64,000 nt of DNA from Actinomycetota bacterium (GTDB lineage Bacteria; Actinomycetota; CADDZG01; JAHWKV01), in contig JBQTHR010000022.1 in NCBI GenBank assembly GCA_052389675.1, forward strand, positions 2,891 through 66,890, given 5' to 3'. Position 1 is the stretch's first letter; every line of letters starts with the position of its first letter. The notes under the pieces were generated by a model that saw only the letters and a list, made by a program, of their open reading frames with translations, had not been told where the DNA came from and did no database searches. The translations under genes and the position numbers were made by a program. Positions 9,083 through 21,100 of this stretch are shown here, piece after piece.

Positions 9083-9379
9083 TTAGAGGCTTAGCTCAGG
9101 CTTGGGCTTGTTGGCTGGCCATTCGGACTTCTTCTCGGGGATTTTGAAAGCGTCCTCCAGGCTCCCCGACGACATCGGCGGCACCAGATCTTCCAGGGAT
9201 CGCTTCCCCTTGATGTCTCCGGCCGCCTTCAAAACCTCCTCCAGCGTCTTTTTCTGTGCTCCGAAGATCCGGATGCGCAGCGCCGCCAAGACCTCGGCGT
9301 GTGGTTCGATCAATCCGGAGGTGCGATCGATCTCGGCCAGCGCCTGCTCGGCCGTGCGCAACAGCTGAGCGTCGTCCAC
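9083..9379 (-). CDS. hypothetical protein, operonic with upstream P-loop ATPase
   Basis: 98-aa ORF 3 nt downstream of the ATPase gene on same strand; no recognisable motif. Confidence 0.4.
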   Translation of the reverse strand: MDDAQLLRTAEQALAEIDRTSGLIEPHAEVLAALRIRIFGAQKKTLEEVLKAAGDIKGKRSLEDLVPPMSSGSLEDAFKIPEKKSEWPANKPKPELSL

Positions 9380-9381
9380 CG

Positions 9382-9921
9382 TTATGCCTTGGAGAGCTCT
9401 TCTTCGATCTGCTTCATCCGCCCGTCCACCGATCCGGTAAGAGTCTGGTACTCAATGTCGTGCGATCTAAGCAGCCTGAGCATCCGCTCGTCGATCTCCG
9501 CCTGGAAGGCGGGGTCGTCCGGACGCAGACCGTCAAGAACGATCGGGAACTCGATCGGCAAGTAGAAGACGTGGCTGTAGTTGCTGCGCAGCCGGCGCTC
9601 GGCGAGCTTCACACACTCGTCCCACAGCGCGGTCTCTTTGGAGCGGGGCTGGTTATCCAGCACCCAACCGGCGTAGGCCATCACGTCAATCAGGGAGCGG
9701 TCGCCGACAAACTCGGAGGCGGACAGTTCATTGTTGTACTGCTTTAGAAAGATCAAAGCCTCAGTTTCCGGTGTCGCGTCCTTGTCCAGCTTGAAACCCA
9801 GGTCAACAACTTCCCGGGCAGTCTCCGGGAGCAGCGGGAGATCTAGGTGACGGGACAGCTCCTCAGCCAAAGTGGTCTTACCGGTGGAAAAGCTGCCAAC
9901 TATTGCAATCCGCATGTTCAT
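9382..9921 (-). CDS. P-loop NTPase (AAA_28-like ATP-binding protein)
   Basis: Walker A IAIVGSFSTGKTTLAEEL near N-terminus; about 179 aa. Confidence 0.7.
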   Translation of the reverse strand: MNMRIAIVGSFSTGKTTLAEELSRHLDLPLLPETAREVVDLGFKLDKDATPETEALIFLKQYNNELSASEFVGDRSLIDVMAYAGWVLDNQPRSKETALWDECVKLAERRLRSNYSHVFYLPIEFPIVLDGLRPDDPAFQAEIDERMLRLLRSHDIEYQTLTGSVDGRMKQIEEELSKA

Positions 9922-9930
9922 TGCTCGATG

Positions 9931-10737
9931 CTAGCGCAACTGCGCCGCTTGCGGCTGAGGCTGGCAGGTCGGGCACCAATAGGTGATGCGTGCGGCGTTC
10001 GGCGGTCCCTGGGAGGCAGACTTTATGAGGGTGCCGCAGCGCCGGCACGGTTTCCCGGTCCGCTCGAATACCCAGTGTGCCTGAGCGCGCTCCGTTGATC
10101 CGGTGGTCGACTGGACCCAGTGCTCCTTTCCCAGATCCAGGAGCCTGTGGGCGGATTCGATCAAGCGGAAAAGATCCGGAACTTCCCCAACCTGGGCCCA
10201 AGGGTTTACGCCGGCGACGTGTAACGTTTCTGCCTTATACAGATTCCCGATGCCGGCCAGATTGGTCTGGTCCAGAAGGGCCTCGGCGACAGGGCGTTCA
10301 GGTCGGCGACGCAGGTTGGCAGCGGCCCGAACGGGGTCCCAGCCGGGGCCGAGCAGGTCCGGGCCCAGATGGCCGATTGCCCGCTGCTCCTGGTCGGTGC
10401 TTAGCAGCTCAAGGATTCCCAGGCGGTATCCCACCGCCACCCACTCCCGGGTCTCAAGGACCGCTCGGATCTCGTGTTCCGGCCCGCCCCTCCACCTGCT
10501 GCCCGGCCGGTACAGATGCCAGGTCCCCTCCATCTTGAAATGGCTGTGCACAGTGATGCCGGCGTGGGTACGGGCGAGCAGGTGTTTGCCCCTGGCCACC
10601 ACTTCGGTCACCGACCGGCCGGTGAGATCGGCGGTGGCATGCCGCGGCACCCGGAAGTCGGTGGCGGTCAGAATCCGGCCGGCAAGCGCCCGGTGCATCG
10701 ACCGGGCGGCTCGGTAAACCGTGTCCCCCTCAGGCAT
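9931..10737 (-). CDS. nei: Fpg/Nei family DNA glycosylase (endonuclease VIII-like)
   Basis: N-terminal MPEGDTV (catalytic Pro2/Glu3), H2TH region, C-terminal zinc finger CRRCG...CPTC. Confidence 0.85.
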   Translation of the reverse strand: MPEGDTVYRAARSMHRALAGRILTATDFRVPRHATADLTGRSVTEVVARGKHLLARTHAGITVHSHFKMEGTWHLYRPGSRWRGGPEHEIRAVLETREWVAVGYRLGILELLSTDQEQRAIGHLGPDLLGPGWDPVRAAANLRRRPERPVAEALLDQTNLAGIGNLYKAETLHVAGVNPWAQVGEVPDLFRLIESAHRLLDLGKEHWVQSTTGSTERAQAHWVFERTGKPCRRCGTLIKSASQGPPNAARITYWCPTCQPQPQAAQLR

Positions 10738-10930
10738 GCGCCAAGCTCAGGGAGTCAGCGGATGCCGCCAGCGTAGGTTCGGAAAGCGAGCGAAGTCCGG
10801 TGAACTGCCCTTGGATGAGGAGCTCCTTTCATACGCATAGGGGCAGCTGCCAAGCATGTCCCGGGCCCTAAGCCATGACTGATTGAACTGAGGCCGATCA
10901 GCGCTCCTTGATGGCACAGGATGACGGGTT

Positions 10931-14504
<3,574 letters not shown>

Positions 14505-14508
<4 letters not shown>

Positions 14509-14759
14509 GCCTTTTCGAGGACACCAACCCCCGGGCGCTGAAGGACCTGCTGGCCGAGTTCAAGAGCACATCGGGATTCCCGTTCGAGGCCGTGCTTGCG
14601 TCCCACCAGCTGCCGCCGGAGGCTGACTCGCCCTTGCTGCGCGATCACTACGAGGCTTTTCTGGCCTGGCGGCAACAGCGGCTGTGGCAGCGGATACAGG
14701 ACGCTACCGGTGCAACTGAAGCGGCGGATCTGGAAGCTGGGGATGAGGGCATGGAATGA
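14505..14759 (+). CDS. small hypothetical protein translationally coupled between helicase and methylase genes
   Basis: ATG overlaps helicase stop (ATGA) and its stop overlaps methylase ATG; 84 aa, no known motif. Confidence 0.4.
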
Positions 14760-15043
14760 GGGCCACCAAAAAGCTCATCGAGGTCGCCCTCCCGCTGGAT
14801 GCCATCAATGCGGCTTCGGCCCGGGAGAAGTCGATACGCCACGGCCACCCCAGCACCCTGCACCTGTGGTGGGCCCGCCGACCGCTGGCGGCGGCCCGGG
14901 CGGTGATCTTTGCCCAGATGGTGGACGACCCGGCCGAGTACGTGGACGTGCTGTTCTCCGACTCCACGAAACGCCGGTCAAGCTTGGGTGCGTCATGCCT
15001 GGTGAAGCACCAGCTATCTTTGGCGATGCACTCCGGCGGCTAG
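14756..15043 (+). pseudogene. N-terminal fragment (about 95 aa) of DUF1156-type adenine-specific DNA methylase (COG1743-like), truncated
   Basis: [55 protein letters not shown] is the hallmark N-terminus of DUF1156 methylases; no methyltransferase motifs follow; ORF terminates after 95 codons. Confidence 0.65.
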
Positions 15044-16404
15044 CCGGCGCGGCCACCTACCTCTATCAAGATGGGCCGCGCTTTTGGTACTCGACCCAGC
15101 CCACGGTCACCAAGCTCGCCGAGGACCGTGCCGAGCAGCTACGGCGCGATCCGGACAAGGTTGCGCAGGAGCTGGATGCCCGGCTGCGTGCCGATCTGAA
15201 GCGGACGGGGGATTTCTCTCGAGTGCACCCCCTGCCCAAGTCTGGTGCCGACGTCCCAGACGACATGGATGGGCGGCTGGTGGTCCTGCCCGCCGAGAAC
15301 CCTTACTCGAAGGAGCAGGGCAACTCCGCCGAGGTAACCGCCAAAGTGATCCTGGAGTCACGGGGCAACTCGCCCCGTCTCTACCGCAACTCCCTGGTAT
15401 TCCTGGCCGCCGACAAGACCCGCCTGCAGGATCTGGACGATGCCCTGCGCCGGTTCCTTGCCTGGCAATCGATCTTGGATGAGAAATCGATCCTCAACCT
15501 GGACCACCACCAGGCCGGGCAAGCCGAAATTCAAAGGCAGGCGGCGAACGACACCGTTACCGCCCGCGTGCCGGAGACCTACCAGTGGCTGCTGGTGCCG
15601 GAGCAGTCCAGCCCCCGGTCCCCGGTGGTGTGGAACGCCACCAGGTTGACCGGTGGCGATTCGCTTGCTGAACCGGCAAGCAAGAGGCTGCGCAATGACG
15701 AATTGCTGCTCAAGTCGCTCGGCTCAACCATCCTGCGTAAGAACCTGGACGAGGTACCGCTATGGCGGGGGAACCACGTCGCCGTCAGGCAGTTGGTGGA
15801 GGACTTCGGGCGCTACCTTTACCTGCCGCGATTGGCGGGTCCACAGGTCTTGGCACGAGCTATCAGCGATGGAATCGGACTGCTCACGTGGCCGTCGGAC
15901 ACCTTTGCCTACGCGGAGAGCTACGACGAGGAGTCCGGGCGTTACCGGGGACTGCGGGGCGGCCAGCAGATATCTATCTCAGCAGAAGACCCGGGCCTGG
16001 TGGTGAAGCCGGAAGTTGCCATCCGGCAGCTGGATGCAGAGATGGCGGCGGCAGGTTCAACCTCAAACTCGGGAGCTGACGATGGCCGCGCCGGCGCAGT
16101 TCAGGGTAGCTTGGGCCCACAGCCGCCGGGAGCGGATGGGCCGTCTTCTGCCGTCCTTTCACCCCCGCGTCTTCGCCGTTTTCACGGCTCTATCCGGTTA
16201 GATCCGGCCCGTGTGGGCCGAGACGCCAGCCGAGTAGCCGACGAGGTAATCGCACATCTAACCGGCCAGGTGGGGGCTGACGTCACGGTGACTTTGGAGG
16301 TGGAGGCGACAATCCCCGACGGGGCCTCTGATCAGATAGTGCGCACTGTGACCGAGAACAGCAACTCCTTGAAGTTCACCAGCCACGGCTTCGAGAGCGA
16401 TTAG
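15040..16404 (+). pseudogene. C-terminal about 450-aa remnant of a large partner protein (inferred DUF499/COG1483-like ATPase of the DUF1156 system), N-terminal part deleted
   Basis: Long open frame (ORF-track 14596..16404, first about 150 codons are out-of-frame overlap) lacking MTase motifs (no D/NPPY, no FxGxG) and lacking Walker motifs; contiguous with truncated methylase N-terminus in a different frame. Confidence 0.4.
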
Positions 16405-16416
16405 CCGCCATTCAAT

Positions 16417-16533
16417 CGGCTGGTTTCGCTAACCCTCCAAATAGTTTTGCGTAGGGCCGATCATTTTCGTATCTGGGCTTCGGTCATCCCCTTCGGCCAT
16501 GACGACTACTTGGAGGAGGCGTTCGGAAACTGA
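16417..16533 (+). pseudogene. vestigial antitoxin (VapB-like C-terminal tail) upstream of vapC, too short to be functional as annotated
   Basis: Only 28-38 codons in frame (...RIWASVIPFGHDDYLEEAFGN*) between an in-frame TAG and the overlapping GTG of vapC (TGAGTG); no ATG/GTG start. Confidence 0.3.
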
Positions 16534-16928
16534 GTGTTTTCGTCGACACCTCTGCGTTCTATGCCCTCATGGATAGGGACGACGGGCAGCACCAGGCGGC
16601 CGTGGACTGGCTGGCCGGACCTGGTCAGGACCCGGCTGTCGAGCTGATTACGCATAGCTACGTGGTGGTTGAATCGGCTGCCCTCGTGCACCGAGGACTT
16701 GGCAAGACTGCCGTTAGAGTCTTTTTTGACGAGATGATTCCAGCAGTTTCCGTCGTCTTTGTGGATCAGCCCCTGCACTCCCAAGCGGTCGCCGCCTACC
16801 TGGCCGGGAGCAAGGATATATCTCTGGTGGATCGGACAAGTTTCGCTCTGATGAGACAAAGGTCTGTCCGCCGGGCATTTGGTTTTGATACCCACTTTTT
16901 GAAGGAAGGTTTCACTACCCTGCCGTAA
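16533..16928 (+). CDS. vapC: PIN-domain toxin VapC
   Basis: GTG start; VFVDTSAFYALMDRDD N-terminus and C-terminal ISLVDRTSFALMRQRSVRRAFGFDTHF are canonical VapC PIN motifs. Confidence 0.8.
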   Translation, partial: SVFVDTSAFYALMDRDDGQHQAAVDWLAGPGQDPAVELITHSYVVVESAALVHRGLGKTAVRVFFDEMIPAVSVVFVDQPLHSQAVAAYLAGSKDISLVDRTSFALMRQRSVRRAFGFDTHFLKEGFTTLP

Positions 16929-16940
16929 TAGGACTCGCTC

Positions 16941-17117
16941 TCACCCCGCCCTGGAGGCTACCAGGTCTTCAATAGAGAGCGGCGCACCGGCCGAAGGTAA
17001 CGGTCCGATCTGAGCTGCCGGCGCTTCTACCGTAACAACGATGTGTTCGCCGGATCTTGCCCGGCGAATAACCGAAGCTGTTTTGAGGCGCAACTCTCGT
17101 ATCCCGACGGGTTCCAT
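16941..17117 (-). CDS. Phd/YefM-like antitoxin fragment (orphan), convergent with vapC
   Basis: MEPVGIRELRLKTASVIRRARSGEHIVVTVEAPAAQIGPL resembles Phd/YefM N-terminal domain; no cognate toxin downstream. Confidence 0.35.
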   Translation of the reverse strand: MEPVGIRELRLKTASVIRRARSGEHIVVTVEAPAAQIGPLPSAGAPLSIEDLVASRAG

Positions 17118-17256
17118 CGCGAGAAGTGCAGCTCGCGTGGACACAGCCTGGCGGCCAGAAGATCGCCGTAGCCACCGCGCCCGATGTGGAGTGCTTCATG
17201 CCGTCGACGCGGCTGCGCCCAGGCCGAAGGGCCTGGGCGCATGCAATGCAGACGAT

Positions 17257-17964
17257 CTAGATCTCGGCCTCGCCTTCCTCCTGGCGCTTCCTGCGCCGCC
17301 ATAAAATCAGAGCCAGCGTGAGCAGGCCGGCACCGATTGTCAGCGGGATCCACTCCGGTCCCTGCTTATCCGCAGAAGCAGCTATCTGCGATTGGGCTTG
17401 GATCTGCTCTCCGGGAGGGTTCTCGAAGGATGCTGTGGTAACAATCGGCTCTTTGCTGGTCGAGAGTCCTCCGGCCGGGGCGGTGCTGGCTCCCCCGGTG
17501 GGCTGGCCTACGCTGGATGAACCCGTTCCCTCATCCGATCCCTGCCCGGGATCTACGGTATCGGGCTGCGGCTCGGGCTCCGGCTCGGGCTCGGTCTCCG
17601 GCTGCGGCTCCGGCTCGGGCTCGGTCTCGGGCTCCGGCTCGGGCTCCGGCTCGGGCTCGGGCTCGGGCTCGGGCTCCGGCTCCGGCTCCGGCTGCGCTTC
17701 TGGCAGCATCTCGGGCTCGGCCTGATCGGGGCTGCAGTCCATCTCCACGTTGAAACACCACTCGGGCTCGAACTTGGGCTTTGCCATGATCTGGAGGTCC
17801 GGCTCCGGTTCCGGGCAGGGGTTGTTCTGCGTGCAGGCCTTGAACTGCATGGGGACAGCCTGGGCCGGGCCCGCCGAAAGGGCTACCGCCCCAATCACCA
17901 GAATCGTTGACGTGGCCACCGCCAGAATGCTGCTGCGAAAACTCGTATCGAAATCCATCCTCAC
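17257..17964 (-). CDS. secreted Glu-Pro repeat protein with C-terminal sorting-signal-like tail (motif-TM-RRRKR)
   Basis: Signal peptide; (EP)n run about 45 residues; C-terminus [27 protein letters not shown] (PEP-CTERM/LPXTG-like tripartite architecture but non-canonical motif). Confidence 0.6.
   Translation of the reverse strand: MRMDFDTSFRSSILAVATSTILVIGAVALSAGPAQAVPMQFKACTQNNPCPEPEPDLQIMAKPKFEPEWCFNVEMDCSPDQAEPEMLPEAQPEPEPEPEPEPEPEPEPEPEPETEPEPEPQPETEPEPEPEPQPDTVDPGQGSDEGTGSSSVGQPTGGASTAPAGGLSTSKEPIVTTASFENPPGEQIQAQSQIAASADKQGPEWIPLTIGAGLLTLALILWRRRKRQEEGEAEI
17560..17700. repeat. hexanucleotide tandem repeat (gagccc/gagccg) encoding (EP)n
   Basis: about 23 consecutive gctcgg/gctccg units visible on + strand. 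Confidence 0.8.
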
Positions 17965-18182
17965 ACCTCCTAGTTGTTGTTGATTGCCTTCACTCGATGG
18001 AGGTGCGAGCCGTGTATTTCCTAACAGAAAGGTCGAAGAAACATCAGCCCCGGCGACTGGAATTCAGGCGGCTAGCCGGTCTGCAAGGAGGTGGAAAGGG
18101 TTCGATGTGGTCAGCGGACCGGCCCATGCTACGCACCTGCCCTTCCCTGCGGCCGGTATCATGGCCGCCGAGCCCCTTGGGG

Positions 18183-21100
18183 TTAAGCCCGCAGCCTCAG
18201 GCCTTTCGGGGTATGGCGAAAGCCTGCCGCCTGCATTGCTCGTCCCACCGGGGAGTCGTCGACGGCTTCGCCGTCCGCCTTCTCCACCGCCAGCTTTCCC
18301 AGCGCCCCTTGGCGCACGGCAAGCGCCAACGCATCCACCGCCGGCTGGAGCAGTGAAGGCTCGTGGTTGAACGTGAGTAACGTCCGGCCCCCCTTCTCCA
18401 CATAAAGCACCAGCGCTCCCTCCACCAGCACCACCAGCGCTCCAACCTTGCGGCCCGGACGATGCCCGCGACCCTCCTCCGCCGGGCGCTCCGGCCAAGC
18501 GAGCGCGGCGCCGAACGGGTTGGCCGGGTCGGCCGCAGCCAGAAGTGCGGCCCCCGGCGACTCGGCGGCCCCCGGCCCGGCGGCCCCCGGAACGGCCCCC
18601 GGAGGCCCGGCGGCCCCCGGAACGGTGCCCGGCACGGCGCCCGGCGACCCGGCGGCCCCCGGCGGCCCGGCGGCCCCCGGCGGCCCGGCGGCCCCCGGAA
18701 CGGTGCCCGGAACGGTGCCCGGCGGCCCGGCGGCCCCCGGCGACTCGGCGGCCCCCGGCGGCCCGGCGGCCCCCGGGGCGGCGCCCGGAGGCCCTGTGGC
18801 GCCCGGGGGTCCGGCGCCGGCCCCCGTGGCCATGGAGCGCATCCGGTCTACCGCTCCCGGCATAGCGAATTGCGCCGCACCCAGGCGCTCCACGAAGTAG
18901 CCCCTCCGGCAACGGCCCGCCTCCTCCATGGCCTTTAGCACCGGGTAAACCGCCGAAAAGCCGCCGACAACCCCCTCTGCGACCACCGCCCCCCTGGTCA
19001 GGACGCCGTAGCGGTCCAACAGTTGCTCGGCGGTGGCACTCATCCGGCGGGTGTGGTCTTCGATCCGGGCAGGCAGAACCGCCCAGCGACCGACGCTCGA
19101 AGGCGGCCCCTGACGCACCGGCAGGCCGGGCCCCCGCCCGAAGCGACGGCCGGGCCGAACCGGAGCCGACCTGCTACGACCGACCCCCTTCAGGGCTCGA
19201 ACCGGCGCCAAAGTGTCGTTCGTTACCACTCCGGCCCAGACCAGTTCCCACAGAGCGTCCAGGACGATCCGGTCGACCGACAGGCCGGAAGCTGAGACTA
19301 TCTGGCGGAAGAACATCGCTCCGCCGCCGGACAACGCCGCAAGCACCGCTGTGGCCTCCTCAGAGAGCGACTCCGAGGAGGGTGCGGGCAGCAGCAAGGG
19401 CGCGTCGGCAGCAAGGTAGAGGCTCAGCCATCCGTCGTCGCTGCCTATCGCCCCGGCTCCGGCCCAGACCACCTCTCCTGCCGAGCACAGCTCGTCCAGC
19501 AGCGCCGGCTGGTAGCTGATCACCCGGGCAGGCAGGACCAGCCGTTCCAAGGCGCTCGCAGGCACCGGCGAGCCCTGGAGTTGTTCGATTGTCCGGTAGA
19601 GCAGCTCTACGCCCCCCGGGTGCATCGACCCTACGCCTTGCCAGGCGGGCAGGAAGCGGGCGAGCACCTCCGGCGCCACCGCCTCAACCTCGCTACGCAG
19701 CTTGGCGATACAGCGCCGGCGGACCGCCCGAAGGACCTCGGCATCGCACCACTCGGTGCCGCTGCCGCCCGGGCGGAACTCGCCCCTCACAATGCGGCCC
19801 TTCGCTTCCAGCCGGGCCAGCACCTCCTGCACTACCGCCTGCCCCAGTCCCAGGCGCGCGGCCGGCTCCCCCGGGTTGAACGGCCCGTGGGTCCGGGCGA
19901 ACCGGCCGATCAGGTCGCCCAGCGGGTCCGCGACCGGCTTCAAGAAGGCGTCGGGAACCCCTACCGGCAAGGGCACTCCTAGCGAGTCCCGGAACCGCCC
20001 GGCGTCCTCGATTGCCACCCAGCGCTCCTGTCCGGCAACGCGCAGCACAAGCGCCCGCCGGCTGCTCTGCAACTCCGCAAGCCAGTCTTCATCCGCGCCC
20101 CTGGCCACCAGTTCGCCGGCGGTCAGGTCGCCGAGGGTACGCAGGGCGTCATGTGCGTCGTCAATTGAACGCAAACGGCGGTTCTCGGCCAGCCGCTGCA
20201 GCTCCAATTCGATTTCTTGAAGCGCCTCCGAATCGATTAGCTCCCTCAGCTCCGATGAACCCAGCAACTCGGCCAGCAAAGCGGTGTCCAGCGAAAGCGC
20301 CTGCGCCCGGCGCTCAGCCAGCGGAGCGTCGCCGTCATAGATGAAGGCTCCGATATAACCGAACAGCAGCGAGGAAGCGAACGGCGACGCATGCTCAGTG
20401 TCTACCGTTACCGTTCGCACTTTCGCCGAGCGGAGGTCCCGCATCAGTTGGGTGAGTCCGGGGAGGTCGAAGACATCCTGCAGGCACTCCCGCATGGTTT
20501 CCAGCACGATCGGGAAGGAGCCGTAGCCTGATGCCACCTGCAACAGGTTGGCGCTTCTCTGTCGTTGCTGCCACAAAGGGGTGCGCCTGCCCGGCCGGCG
20601 CTTGGGCAGCAGCAAAGCCCGGGAAGCGCACTCCCGAAAGCGGCTGGCGAAAAGGGCGGAGGATCCCACCTGTGCGGTGACGATCTGCTCGATCAGGTCC
20701 GGGTCGAACAAGACCGAGTCGACCGGCGGCGCCTCGTCCGCCTCGGGAAGCCTAACTACGATACCGTCGTCGGTGTGCATGGTTTGGACCTCGGCCCCCA
20801 ACCGGGTGCGTACCGCCCCTTCAATGGCCAGTGCCCAAGGCGCATGTACCCGGGCGCCGAACGGGGAGTGGATGCACAAGCGCCAGTCCCCCAGCTCATC
20901 CCGGAAGCGTTCCAGCACGATGGTGCGATCCGTGGGCAGGTGCCCGGTGGCCTCCATCTGCTCGGCCAGGTACTTGACCAGGTTGCTCGCCGCCCGCTCG
21001 TCCAGTCCGGCGGCCGCCAGCCGTTCGGACGCCGCCGCCGCAGTGGCGTGGCCCACCTCCCGCATGAACGCTCCCAGCGCCCTGCCCAACTCCGCCGGCC

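Noticed and set aside
14596-15040. First about 150 codons of the 602-aa ORF as a real N-terminus (TTG start)
   Set aside because: That segment is out-of-frame overlap with the 84-aa ORF and the methylase fragment and is Arg/Pro/Gly-rich. Real coding signal begins near 15040.
18186-18212. Imperfect hairpin (aggcctttcg-loop-cgaaagcct) that looked like a terminator
   Set aside because: It lies inside the last codons of lhr (minus strand) rather than downstream of it. Probably coincidental coding-sequence symmetry.
18540-18840. Short GC-rich direct repeats that could superficially resemble a repeat array
   Set aside because: They are in-frame coding low-complexity repeats inside lhr, with no spacer/repeat CRISPR architecture and no cas genes. 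No CRISPR array exists in this window.
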